A stretch of DNA of 63,573 nucleotides, the filler included, from Choristocarpus tenellus KU-1152 (lineage: Eukaryota > Protista > Phaeophyceae), in NCBI GenBank assembly GCA_964200185.2. It is 11 parts of 11 records of this genome, joined end to end, with 100 filler letters (N's around TTAATTAATTAA, not from the genome) between each part and the next. Parts side by side here need not be neighbours in the genome. Positions count along the whole stretch, not along the records: positions 31,940 to 46,321 come from CAXNAD020001206.1; positions 46,422 to 52,063 come from CAXNAD020010157.1; positions 52,164 to 55,913 come from CAXNAD020018164.1; 8 more parts are not named here. One strand, 5' to 3'. Made by a program: the position numbers and the translations under genes. A model generated the notes under the pieces. That model did not search any database and was not told the origin of the DNA. It worked only from the letters and a program-made list of their open reading frames with translations. Of this stretch, positions 40,511-53,550 are shown piece after piece. Each line of letters opens with the position of its first letter. Position 1 is the first letter of the stretch.

Positions 40511-42482
40511 CAATTTCTTCAAGAAAAAGTGTTCCATCTTTTCACTTATCTTCCTGTAAGTGCTGCTGGGTACTACTCTGATGCAAATGATACCAATTAT
40601 TGTAGCAGGGTCTCGACTAGATATCCAATACTGTGTGAGTTTGCACTCTGAGCTGTCAAGTACTTGCCAGGCAATGAGCCATCAACATTTAACTCTCTTG
40701 CTATTTTGCAGCATTGCTACAGGGTCAATGTGGGGGGCAATTGCAATGGGGTATATGACTATTCACACACCACTAATCACAAGCCCTATTTAAGGGAGTG
40801 GTCATTTACAGCCTAGAGAATATGGTTCCAGTCATCCCCCAATACAGAACCAAAGCAACCCATAGTCCTCGACATCTACATTTCTACACAGCCTAACGCA
40901 TAAATGTTTGAAGGTAGGCTTAGTCAGCTCAACGAAAGCACATAATTTGCGTGGAACATCATCACAAAGAATCCACAGCACGGTGTGAAATACAAGAAGA
41001 GACACACAAAATGTGTGAAAGGCATCTACAGCCAGGAGAGTAGAAGCCTATGTGGTATCTGTGGGCATACGCTGGGCAATTCCAAGACATACATGTAAAA
41101 GGTCACAGTGACACCTCGCAAGGACAGCAGCATAAAGCTCTACACAAGTGGTATTTTCTTGGAAACCAAATTTTGGCGCCAACATTATTCCAGGCAAGCA
41201 CCCAGTGAAACCATGTGTACTCAATGCCTTCACCATAGCACGCCACCTGAATTCTAAACACTTTAGCATGGATACATCTGCCTGCAACCCTTAGCTTCGA
41301 CAAAACGCCCTGTGGCTTCATCTTGTGCCCTGGTTCCACCCATACATGATACCTGAAACAAGAACTCTTGGGCCTTGAGGTGTATTCTAGAAGAAGAAAA
41401 GAGAATCTCGACAATACGCCTCAAAATGTACCTTAAAGTTTAGGAAAATAGGGATGGGGGCTATAGGAAACATGCTGTCACCATAATGTGTGTTGAATGA
41501 TATGTACACAGCCTCTGCTTCAAAAACTTGGGACAGTAACATGCCAGTACACAGTTAATGGACTAAGTCGTCCACATAGTTCCCTCCCATCTCTGTATTC
41601 AAGCATAGGTAAGTCATCATCCAGTTGCATCGCCATTTTCCCCTTCCCCTTCCCCTTCCTCCCGTGCCACCTTCAACTTGGTCCTGTGAAGCAAAAAAGT
41701 TGGAGAGGTCAAGCAATGATCAGCATATTCCAATCTACTAATTCGATATTCTACAGAGTCGTGGCAAAGAGCATTGCTGCACCATCGCCATCAGGCAGGT
41801 GTATGAGTTGCACCCACCTGACTCCTGACAAGAACAATAAACTGTCTGCGAATGAAGGTGTTACACACACACAAAAAAAATTTCCAAACAACAAATGTTG
41901 AAAGAGGAGAATCCCGCAACTCTTGCTGCAAAAGCAGACATTATAACAAAAACTGAACATGAGTGTTTGTCCCAACAAGGGATGTTGCATTTCAAGCAGG
42001 TACAAGCGTTTTCCCTAAGCGAATGCTACGAGCGAGCGGTTCATGGGCAATAACAAAATGGAGAAAAAGGCCCCAGCAATTGTCCTGACAACAGACTTCT
42101 ATGACAAACAGGTTCCAAGCGTTGCCCAGGACAATGCGCACTATATAGACAACACAAATGCTCTCAAGCATAAAGGGAAAAAAATAGGATATAGTAGGAC
42201 ATGGATAAGTCCATGCTTACAGATGGGCAAGCAATCAACCCAAAGCCCTGTCTGCTGTCTGTGTACCCTTCGGTTTGGTGTAGCACACAAAAAGTCAAGG
42301 TCTTCTTCATGACAGCACTGCATGCTGGGCTCTACGTTCCTGGCACATCTGTGTAACACATGCTTCGATACGGATGACCATGCCAACTACTGGTACCATC
42401 CTTGCCATCCCTGCCTCCCTCTCGGTGCTTGACTTTAACCCCCTCGTTTACTCTGTCGCTCAGGGTAACTTATTGGATACTA

Positions 42483-42723
42483 CTTCCTCTGTTCAGCCTC
42501 AGCTCAAACAGTCTGTGGAACAGGCTAAAAGTGCATAAGACGGCATCCGATATTTCCTACTCTGTGGAATCTCGTCAAAACTTGTTATGAGGTGGACCCT
42601 AAAATCTCAGTAATTTTTGACGTGGTCAACATATTCTACGCCACTCGACGCAAACCCACGAGAAATTTCTTGCCGTATTTTTCCACCCCGCAAAGTGTTT
42701 GCGCTTGAGCTGAACAGAGGAAG
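42483..42723. mobile_element. Stowaway-like (Tc1/mariner) MITE, 241 bp
   Basis: TA|CTTCCTCTGTTCAGC ... GCTGAACAGAGGAAG|TA, about 30-bp imperfect TIR, TA TSD. Confidence 0.85.
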
Positions 42724-43197
42724 TATGGCGTTGGCTGCGAACAGACATCTACTTTCAAAACCGATTCTTGAGTAGAAAGTGAAAAAAAGTGCGGTAGTAT
42801 AAAAACTAGCAAGACATCTCTCACTGCTACTCTCATCCTGTAGTAGAAAAAGTCACAACAAACCGACAAGTTCATGAAATCCATCCACATAGAGATTATC
42901 TTGTCATCAAAATGAACGAACAATATCACGGAGAGCTCAGCATCAAGGGCAAGTGAGCAATAGAGAGAGGGGGGGAGAGAGAAGTGTTGAAGGGTATGCT
43001 GAGCCTTGTTTATAAGAAACCCGTCCATTAGAACATTCTGCGTAATCATGAATCCTACAACATAAAATGAAAACAGACACTGCATGGGCATATGACAATG
43101 AGGGTTGTCCTGAAAATCGACGAAGCTGAGGAAATTAACCTTAGTATAGACTTGACAACAAACAATGCAGAGCAAATCATCGTGAGAATTATCCTGC

Positions 43198-45918
43198 TCA
43201 AAGAACACGATGTAGAAAAATGGCCTCCAGGACTTGTCCTGAACAACAGGCATTATTACACAGCAACTGACCTCCAAACCTTGTCCTGGAAACAGACTTT
43301 ACGGTCCAAATGTGGTTGACTGTTTCAAAGTTGAGTGTTACACGTCAACTATTCTGGGCAGGAATGTTCCATTTAAGATATTAGCAGACGAAAAAATCAA
43401 GTTAGAGCAACAAAGAGCATGGAGCAAAACGGTATCATGGAACCAATCAGCAGCTGTGGCTTCACAGCATACCTTTATGTCCCACAAATGAAACTGGCTG
43501 GCACTTGTTGGGAAGAAAGGTAAGTGGAAGGAATAGGTGAAGCAGCTACACCAACCAAATCAGACAGGACCCACACCCACCTGAGTTCCTCTAGCTCTTT
43601 CTTCTTAGCCTGCTGATCCAGCCTCTTTTGCATCTTGCTTGGCTGAGGATGGAAACCACATTAGGGGCAGGTGTGGGGAGCATGGCAGGGGAGGGGGTGC
43701 GAACAAGGGGGAAAGGGGATCAATCAGTCTGATCTTGAGCCAAGATGCAACCCTAAAATCATTTATCACAGCAAACAAGGCACGGGGACTACATTTATGT
43801 TCTGTGAGGATCAGTAAGACAAGCATTTCAACAATAGAATAAAAGACTCGAGAATGCCTGTCTAATTCATTTCAAGAGCCCAAAGATCCTTTGCAAGCTC
43901 ATTTTTGATGGCTTTGCTACAGGACCCTGTTAAAAAATACAGTATTTCAACAAGAAAATATCTCCAGAAACAAGGAAATGAGATTGCTCGCATCATTAAC
44001 ACTAGCAAGCACTACAGCAATATCTCTGAAACCTGACCTGGTAGTAAAGAACGATGAGGTAACGCCCGCAAACATTGAAACCCGACAGATGATCCACAGC
44101 CCCCTTCGCATCGTAGATATCCTCATACACAACAAACGCAGTGCCACGAGTGTCCTGGCGGTCTCCAAGTCGAATCTATCAGGATAAAACCATCAACAGG
44201 CAAATCAATGGAGCGACTAAACCAGACACCACTCAAGCAAGCTTTTTTTTTTTTCACTTGGAGATAATGGCAGTAGTCCCACCTCAGCAAGAATTAAAAA
44301 ATAAGGTGTGCCCAACTGTTCCAAAACAAGATATATAAAAAAAAACACACTGGAAGAACTTCTGAGACAATCGAGCCATTCCCTGACTGTAGTATTATGG
44401 CATACACAATAGTCCTCCTCTGACCTGTCTGATGGCCCCATACTTCCCGAAGATGTCATACATCTCGTCTGCTGAGATCTTAAATGGCAAGTTCCTGTCC
44501 AGAAAATCAAGCAGAACAAATCAGTGATGTGCGCAGACAGATGGATCATACATTGATGAAAAAATCCCCCAACTTGGCCCAGAAAGAAAAATATCCATTC
44601 GTGCTTGTGTGTAGCATATGCTACATTTTCCCAACAGTAAGGCTATTGTGTACCTACCATCTATGTAACCAAAGAGTCAAAGGAATAGAGGGGTGCGTGT
44701 GCTTTCACACACTTGAGTTATAAGGGATATGGTTTTCAACTTCGAAAAGTAGACATCTTTAAGAAGGGTGTTGATAAGGATAACTTGATTCTGCAAACTG
44801 AATGTACTAAAGAAAAAAATCAAAACCAATTTCACATCGCGCTCCAAAATCATGTACCACCAGAAAGTCAGAGGAGCCTTACAAACTTAACAACAGCCCC
44901 CTCTTGGTTTCATCAGTTTGACGTTGGTGTCTAACGGCTGGAAGACAGGTGTATTCACGACAAGATGCCTAAGAGCTTGCTGATAAGTCAGAAAAAAATT
45001 CACAACCTTTTTTTTCATTCATCTCTCACACACAGGTTATTGAACCATTTGGATTAATCAGTACAAATACAGCAATCCAGGGTCTCATTTCCATCCTACA
45101 AATGGATATTACATGACTCTGAAGACATCCCAACTACAATTGACCGGGGGCCTGCTATAACATATATTAGACGGAACCAGGTGTCACTTGACGCAAATAG
45201 TCCCTCATCCAAGAGTCGACTTATCTCACCTGACATAGACGGCGCGATTGACCTCTGGAGGAAGCCGCATCTGTGTCATGAATGCCAGGAAGGGAACAAG
45301 TAAGGCAAAGATTCAAGGGTAGAAATGACGGAGTCTAAACAACAAGGCAATAAGATGCATGTTATGCTTATGGAGATCGGTGTGATTGCATAGTTTGGCA
45401 GTAAACAATGATGGAAGTACCAGTACATATAAATCACACCTCTGTGTCATCTCCAGTACCCAAGCTTTGCTATCCCATCGTGCATGGCATAGCTTGAACA
45501 AAAGGCAATAGACATGGTTCTAACCCATTTTCTCGTATGTGTTGCCCCCCTTTTAAGATCATTCACCTGTGGAATCTCGATTCTAACTGGAGGTACAACC
45601 AACAACAAATACTTTTTACACTGGATCTTACCCTATATGGAGAGGCGCCAACCTTGAATCATGGGAATGAGATACAATTCTATACGCAAAGGCCTTCACA
45701 TATTTTCCATTGAGGTACTTCGAGTTTGCTTCGGTTAGTTGACGTGAACTTGCTTTCGACAGTTGCTTCACACCAACATCTCCGTTCTGGTCGAACCTAT
45801 TGTTAGCTAAGCAAAGAAAACGAGCAACTCCTAAAACAAGGGATATCGTATTATAGACATGTCTGAAATCGGAACTTGGATTAACAAAGCATACGGGAAG
45901 AGCGGAAGTTAAAGCCAT
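43198..45918 (-). CDS. SF3B6: Splicing factor 3B subunit 6 (p14); exons 45895-45918, 45230-45270, 44425-44494, 44038-44175, 43581-43642, and a last exon from 43285 (end uncertain)
   Basis: [91 protein letters not shown]...ELRTRFG; phases consistent. Confidence 0.95.
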
Positions 45919-46421
45919 CCTACCGGTCTTCTCCTCTCCCTTTCCGCCGATTCGTTCATTCTCGCACCAACACCAAGCCAAGAACCTTGCCTCGAAGCTC
46001 TCCGCTTCACTCAAAACGACGGTTAAAGCACAGATGAGAAAAGGACAAACTAACTCTACGAAAGTTTATGGTTTTCACTCCAGGGGTGTATCCCTGATCT
46101 GTTTTGTGTCGATGTGAGTGAATGGAGTGTATTCCTCACACACAACACACACAAAGTTGATTGTAGTAGTTTATATTATTGTTGTCCAACATTATTGGGC
46201 GAGCCGCGAGCAATGTGAAAATGTGAAATTGAAAATGGAAAATAGTAAATGTGAATCGTGTGATTCTGTGGTGGCGTGGTTTACTCAGGCAAGGGTGGCG
46301 AAGAGAATCACCGGGCAAGACNNNNNNNNNNNNNNNNNNNNNNNNNNNNNNNNNNNNNNNNNNNNTTAATTAATTAANNNNNNNNNNNNNNNNNNNNNNN
46401 NNNNNNNNNNNNNNNNNNNNN

Positions 46422-46640
46422 AAAGTCCAATGTTGCGATTTTGATGTAATATTGGCTATCGTGTTTGTTAGGAAGTGTCAATATCCTTGTTCTGGACACA
46501 CCTTTTCATAACGTATACATTTTGCCTACTCCGAGACATTATGGAGTAGGAAAATGTAAAAAAAAAAAAAAACTCATGGGAAGCCAAGCCCCAAATGGAC
46601 AAACAGGGCAAAACTTGTACCCTCTAAGATACTTTCACTC
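46422..46640. mobile_element. MITE family A, partial (gap)
   Basis: Family A body; ends AGATACTTTCACTC. Confidence 0.9.
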
Positions 46641-46999
46641 CATTTGCTTATTCAACAAACAGCGACTGGGAGTGATCATTGTACAAGGGTTGGGGTTAGG
46701 CACATGAAGGTGGTGGTCAAAGTGATGGTACAAGGACCGCACATGAAGGGAACAATAATTATCAACCCCACAACAACACGTTACCACAGATTCCCAACAA
46801 TGAATGCGTTGGAGGAGGACAAAGATTGGACAGGTGACAGTCGAGGCGTTGAATATTTTCCCTAATATTTTCCCACCCACTCCCTCTATCTCTTCGACAA
46901 TGCACAAGGCTGTGTATCTGTATATATTTTTACGACTTGTAAGCTAACCGCACTTGGCTGTTGTGCACTGCTACCAAGACCTTGGTTGCCAAAATGATT

Positions 47000-48216
47000 T
47001 TACATGCAGTTAGTACCTCCCTGCGTGCCCACCTTCGGGACTGGGCCTATCCTCCCCTCAGAAGATTGGCTCTTCACCAGGTATAGTGAACCGTTGCTGT
47101 CATTAGACGTCATCCTAAACCGCTTGGCTGGGACAGTAATGAATGGGTATCGTAACTGGATATTCACAAAGAGGAGGGAAATGAGGTGAGGACAAACAAA
47201 ATCAAAAAGGAAGGGGTAGAAGAAGGGAAAAAAGAGTTTCTGTAGCTCGTAGCCACATGAAAACCAACCAGTATCCTTTGCCAAGGACCATCAACTGTCT
47301 AATCTCTCTCGGTTCCTTAAATATATGTAGAGTAACGCACACAAAATGACCAAAAGATACAAACTCGTACAGCATATCAGCTTTGTGTGAAAAAAAATTG
47401 TGACTCCTAGCAGACAGCTATCTATTTACTGCCCTTTGATGCAGGGATTAGGGGGGTAAGGAACAGTAGGGGGTGGCCATTCTTACCCTCCTTCAAATTT
47501 AGCACTATGTACAAAGTAGTATGTGAGCATGGGGGTTCCAAAGCAACCCATATGGCCCTTCTAGCTTGCATATGATAAAATCAAGAGGATCTCAACGCAT
47601 TCATCCCAGTACGGTTATGGTGAATGCTCATCAAGTAGGACGTGTGACGAGTCGAAGAAACCAAAGCAGGCAAAGGAGTACATATCCAGTTGGTGAACTG
47701 GTCGAAGATACATAACATCAGTACCGGATTTGATCTGTAAAGAACGTGTGCACATTGGTAAGGGATGGCAAAAGTTCGGCGTGAAACGAGAGGAGAGTAG
47801 AAGAGAGGAAGGGGGCAAGTCGAACAGAAAGAGGCATCCAACCAGACCTTGCTCGGTCCCTCCATAGCTACGAGGTTATCCGGTGCATCCACCTCAAAGG
47901 TCAACCATCCACAGTGACAACTTCCAGTGTGAAGCACCAACATCTTTACATCCTTTCCAGACTGACTCCCATGTACATAGGCGTGATAGGAATCCTCACA
48001 GTCCCCTTTATCTCCTTCGTACGAAGCTTTTTTTCCCGCAGAAGGCCTGGAGCGACGGCGTCCCGACTTCGCGCCTGGGCGTTCATCAATTCTCAGTCGA
48101 AGAATAGCGGAGAGAGAGGTTCTTGCACGTGCTCCAATCACAACAAGAATCATTCCAGTACACACAGTTGCCAGTACACCTATAACTCTATCCACATTCT
48201 GTTGGGATGAAGGCAT
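47000..48216 (-). CDS. GFA/CENP-V (Mss4-like) related protein with an N-terminal hydrophobic helix; exons 47848-48216 and 47033(or 47000)-47155; 3' part not found
   Basis: LHTGSCHCGWLTFEVDAP motif, spliced in phase to LRYPFITVPAKRFRM. Confidence 0.7.
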
Positions 48217-49217
48217 AGTCGTAAGCCGAGCAAGCCCCTATTTGACCCACCACACTATGAGTGCCCGCTACTCCGACACCGAACACCAGGGACCAGGGAT
48301 TCAAGAAGGAAACTCAGGACAGGGAATCCTACTGTTTCCTGACCCAGCCTGGTGCCGGGATCAGGACACTCACAATTTGCCCTGACCATTAAAACCATCC
48401 ATGATACGCTCTTTCAGGACTACGACTGAAACTCTCTTTGTTCCTCTTCTTTTAAAAAAGGCAAGGTCCATGTAGGTGTTAGAACACGGTCCTTGTTGAG
48501 GAAGGAGGTTCAATGTTTACCATTGTGTGTCTACTCAATACACAGTAAGGCAAACCAAAATGGAAAACGGCAACATGCGGCGAACCTTTTTTTTGCGTTG
48601 ATTAAGACACATAATACACACGACATATGATCCAAGTTCTCCTATGCATGTGATAACAGAAGAAACATTTGACAGATGACTATTTAAATCATTGCCTGCC
48701 CTTCAGCTGACAGCTAGCACCCTGTTGTCTCCCTTCTCTGTGCAAATTCCCGCTTACTTCAAAATAGATCTTCCCATGTTCAAGGCGGTGAGGTTTCAAG
48801 GAGAGGGTTTTGCTGTGCATATAAACAAGCAGTAGATAGGAAAAGGGAAATGATAACTTCACTAGGGATTCATGGTGCAGAACTCAGCATATAGATAGAT
48901 CCATGGCATTGCTAGGTGGCAATGTCGCTTGTGTAGAGGAGAAAACTGGGAAAGCGGGGGCTTCGGAAAGAGGGATACCTCCACCACTGATCCTTCCCAC
49001 TTCTCATCCCATATGGAAGCCCATTGCCGCCTTCCAGTCACTTCCCCAGTCACTGTACCTTGTCATTAATACCTCTTTATCCCCGCCAGTGTCTTCCTCA
49101 AAGACTGACGTGCAACCTGGGGTTTCCATTCATGACATCCTCTGTCCTTTCATCCAGAATTATAAATGAAGTGGGGGGGAAGGCAGTTGTTTTCTTGCTG
49201 GTTGAAGCAAGGGCTTA

Positions 49218-49451
49218 CCCCCGCCATTCTCTCACACCACCGCTCGAACGACGAGCTGCTTGGTACCCCTGTATATAGACTAAGCATTCGTAACCGCTCC
49301 ATATCGAATGACAATTGAGTTTGGCAAGAGATAGAACTGGTGCCTCGATCTCCTCTCGCTTGTTCGTTTGAGATCGAGAGAGGGCGATCCTTTTCCACAT
49401 GACTATACCATGGTCAACCAATATCATCTCAGCCAAGCTATATACTTCCTG
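49218..49451 (-). other. Isolated exon-like segment, unknown gene
   Basis: TACAG acceptor, open frame EVYSLAEMILVDHG...REWR, GTAAGC donor. Confidence 0.3.
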
Positions 49452-50461
49452 TAGGCAGTAGAATAGTTGAAGGCTTGGAGCTCTATTTGTTGTGTTACTC
49501 TAGAGGGAACAGACAGAAAACAGGAACCAGTGATAAAACGGATTCAGGCACGCCCTCCTACTGCGCAACAAAATACGAAAAATTGTAAACGGTATCCAAC
49601 ACAGGCATCAAGAGGTTTCAGCTTTTAGTAAAATCTTCCATTCCTTCACCCCTTGATACAAGGTGTGTTCAATGACAGGGCAAGAATAACGCTGTCCCTC
49701 TGGATCACTATGGTTCTGTGAAAAAATTCATGCGAGTCCACAGGGTCTTGAGATATGAGTGTGTCCCTTTTGTGCTAAAGTGTGTGTCTGCTGCTGTAGT
49801 GTATCTCATACACCCTTATCCCGCCTAACTGGCAATCACTAACATCCCCCACCGTCAACCCCGTCCGCACACAAAGGTGTTCATTGTAAACATACACTTC
49901 CAAAGAGCATTATCGAGGATGAGATTGCACACGCCCTCCAAACCTTTGCGAGATGAGCAACCTTCAATGCTGTCTTGATTATTGAGCTTGTTTCTGTGTG
50001 CCACAATCAAATCGATCACTGTCTCGTACTCATTCGCAAGGTGATTTTCAGAACATGTGTAACCTCTTTCTCCTTAACAGGTTGGCACCACCAACATATA
50101 TGTTGCCGCCTTGGTTGTTCGATGAGTGCATAGTACTCTCGAATATCATTTGTGTGAAGATCATGCCCCTCCAAAACCTTCCAGTTGTTTTTTCACACAT
50201 AATTTTTTTTTTAAAGAACCAAAAGATATTACTACGTAGTTAGTATCACAAGTTATTTTCTCCAAACCACCTTTGTGTGTCTTGGTCCTCCATGGTGTCC
50301 ATTCACAACGTGTTGACTATATTAAGGACTATTGCCGTCTAGCCTGTTTCAATGGGTGATGGTTGACACTTTTGTGGTGGTGCATTGTGTCATTTTTGCC
50401 CTGATATACATTATCATCCCGTCACTGTGCAGATAATGAGGTGAAGAACAGGCACACATGA

Positions 50462-50719
50462 GAGTCAAAGTATCTTAAAGGGTAGAACTGCATCCATTTG
50501 GGGGGCCAAAATCCAATGTTGCGATTTTGATATAATTTTGGACATCGTGTTTGTTAGGAAGTGTCAATATCCTTCTTCCGAACACACCTTTTCATAACGT
50601 ATATGTTTTACCTACTCCGAAATATTTGGAGTAGGTAAATGTCATAAAAAAAACCCGAAGGAAGCCAAGCCCCAAATGGACAAAGAGGGCAAAACTCGTA
50701 CCCTCTAAGATACTTTCAC
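50462..50719. mobile_element. MITE family A, near full length
   Basis: GAGTCAAAGTATCTTA...TAAGATACTTTCAC; last two bases missing or diverged. Confidence 0.9.
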
Positions 50720-52163
50720 ATAAAAATGAAGCTTTGCTTCTATGGTTCGCAATAGAATGGGATGTATATATTTTGCAGAGTATCAGTCACTGTTTCTTCT
50801 CTATTTCCTCATGCACTTGCTATCTGACGACCGCACCTATTATGTCTCTTCCTGATCTCAGTAAATGTACTGAGTATTTTAAATATCATGCTCTTGGCGT
50901 ATTGTCCATGAACTTCAAAGCAAACGAAATCATTGTTAGATGTTTGTTTGAAGCTTGAGAGCACCAACTTCAGGCAACACCCATACTCTCACGTAAGTCT
51001 CTCAGGTGGCGTGCTGACAGAAACCAATCAAGCAAATTATCACATAATTCAGAACAAGCTCAATCAGATGGAAACATACAGGATGCAATTCCAGAAGCCC
51101 AGTTCAGCAACACAACCCATGGCAGATCCAATTCTGAACCCAATCCACTGTGGACGCTTTCATGCTCTGTTCACACCCATGTTTTTAACCTACCACGCGT
51201 TCTGCCAGCATGCCTCCTCCAAAACATGAAGATAAACATAGAACAGATGGATGTTTGGCGATCATGTATGTGAACAACACAATTCAATGTTGGTAATCAA
51301 CACCACTGTCCTGGCTACCAGCAGTTTTTGTAGATAGTTGCTATTCACATCAAAATCAGTCATTCATTCCAAGACCTTGACAAATCCACGGAAGTATTCT
51401 AGTGGTGACTAATATACTGAGGGATGTACACTACCCTCTTGAAACCTCTGAAGAAATATCCCAAGTCACAGCAACAACTCCTTACTGTATGTTTGTATGC
51501 ACAGAATGGCACTGAATCCGTAACAGATGCTTCTCACCACGAAGTATCCCCTTTTTAGCCTGCAGAGCATTGTTGAATATATAATTTTAGATCACATTTT
51601 CTTATCAAATTTCCATCGCCTAATATATATCCCACTCTGACAAGTGGGATGTACAAATACAACCCCAAGCTGGAAGTAAAGAGAACCTCTGCTGCAACCA
51701 AAGAGAGTACAAAGAAGTACACAAAATCACATATACATAGAACAGCAATAACAATACCACCATCAACCCCTCCACCTCTCTTCCCCTGCCAAAAGTCTAC
51801 ACCACAGACAGCAAGGTGCCACCCATTTCCAGATTCCTCTATCAAAAGTATCTCAAAGGACTGTCAATAGGACAGAACCCCACACTCACGAGGCATGTTG
51901 AGAAGCTTAATTGGATTGGCACCCTCATCTCGTGACTGAGAGGCCTTGTGTGAGTAGAGATGCCGCTGACACCGGTCCTCTGGCCCCCTTTGCATCCCTC
52001 GGCCCCATGCCACCCTTCCCCCCCTCCCCCCCCTGCCTCCTTTTTCTATTGCTACCCTTACCCNNNNNNNNNNNNNNNNNNNNNNNNNNNNNNNNNNNNN
52101 NNNNNNNTTAATTAATTAANNNNNNNNNNNNNNNNNNNNNNNNNNNNNNNNNNNNNNNNNNNN

Positions 52164-52221
52164 AACATTGGATTTTGGACCCCAAATGGACGCGGCTCTA
52201 CCCTCTAAGATACTTTGACTC
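52164..52221. mobile_element. MITE family A, partial (gap)
   Basis: Ends CCCTCTAAGATACTTTGACTC. Confidence 0.88.
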
Positions 52222-52258
52222 TTTCCCCTTGATCACAGAGCCTGGACCTCTTCTACCT

Positions 52259-52516
52259 GAACCAAAGTATCTTAGAGGGTATGGCCGCATCCATTTGGGG
52301 GTCAAATTCTAACGTTGCGATTTTGATGTAATTTTGGTTATCGGTTGGTTAAGAAGTGTCAATATCCTTGTTCCAAACACATCTTTTAATCACGTACACA
52401 TTTTCCCTACTCCGAAATATTTTGAGGGAGCAAAATGTCATAAAAAAAAACATAGGAAGCCAAGCCCCAAATGGACAGACAGGGCAAAACTCGTACCCTC
52501 TAAGATACTTTCACTC
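52259..52516. mobile_element. MITE family A, full length
   Basis: Perfect 4-bp TSD: ACCT|GAACCAAAGTATC...CTTTCACTC|ACCT. Confidence 0.93.
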
Positions 52517-52932
52517 ACCTATTACTGATGTGGTGAATCGAGAGGGCTTATTTTCATTCTTAACCTTTTTTCAAGTGTAGAAAGGTGGAACTTACTCACC
52601 CTCACCCAACTAGGTATTATTCTTGTATTCCTTCATTATCGTTTTAATGACTCCTTTTTGGTACACGGCCAACTGCCTTACTGTATTGCAGTCCTTACTT
52701 CATACCAACTTACAACTTACGTTCATTATTTTTACTAATCATTCATCGCCCTTACTTTTCCATCCATCAATAGCAGTATTCCTCTCCCTTCTAACGCATA
52801 CCATAGGAACAGGAGGAATAATAAAGAGGGGAATTGGCACACACACTCTTGACCTGTCACCCTGCTCACCAGTCAAAAAGCAAACTGTGTGCTCTCCCTA
52901 TCTATCTCCTCCTACCTTTCCCCACCTGACAG

Positions 52933-53550
52933 GTGACTATGTCGTCAACCGCAGGCAACCTGATCATCCAGGGAGGCAGCAGCTCCATAGCTGGTTCTAT
53001 CCTCGTTGAGAAGGGTGGTGGGTCGGTCACCTTGATCGGAGTGTCGTTAACGGCTGCAGACCTCATCATCATCGAGCAGACTGGAGATGTCCTGGCTTCA
53101 TCAATCTCGCTCAGCGATGTTCTTGTGGACAACACGACTGGCAATATAGAGTTGAATGATGTGACAACAGATAGCGACACCACCATATCCAACAACATCG
53201 GCAACGTTGTGATTGTCGACAGCATGCTTGGCAGTGACACCAAGATTATAGCTAACGGTGATGTGAGCATTACTACAACAAGTTTTAGTCTTGAGGATAT
53301 CTCTGTGTCACTGAACAATGATGTGACAATCCAGGGAGCCTTTGATTTCGCAGGCAGCATTCTGGAGAATATTGGGTTTGTGACGATCAGCCAATCAACG
53401 TTCACATCATTGGAAGTGAGTAAGAACGCGGGTGGTGTGGCTGTCAACTCCAACACTGGTACACTTCTGACATGCGTTGACAATAGCCCATTGCCCTCTG
53501 GCTCAGGCAATTCTATTGTCACAACACTTGAGCAATGTAGTGCATTCTGA
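52933..53550 (+). CDS. Terminal exon of an acidic Ser/Thr/Gly/Ile-rich beta-helix/solenoid-like protein
   Basis: Pyrimidine tract plus CTGACAG acceptor, then a 205-codon frame with repeating G[DN]V.I turns and a C-terminal C..N.P.P.G.GN...QC motif. Confidence 0.75.
   Translation: MTMSSTAGNLIIQGGSSSIAGSILVEKGGGSVTLIGVSLTAADLIIIEQTGDVLASSISLSDVLVDNTTGNIELNDVTTDSDTTISNNIGNVVIVDSMLGSDTKIIANGDVSITTTSFSLEDISVSLNNDVTIQGAFDFAGSILENIGFVTISQSTFTSLEVSKNAGGVAVNSNTGTLLTCVDNSPLPSGSGNSIVTTLEQCSAF

Noticed and set aside
40900-42480. Further spliced minus-strand gene
   Set aside because: Exon-like pieces exist, but I could not join them into a stop-free or recognisable protein.
42636-43277. 213-aa hydrophobic minus-strand ORF
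   Set aside because: Composition is intron/UTR-like, it runs into a MITE, and it has no domain signal.
20148-52580. Recurring peptide SQAPNGQTGQNxYPLRYFHS in several ORFs
   Set aside because: It is the translation of the MITE family A end, not a protein family.
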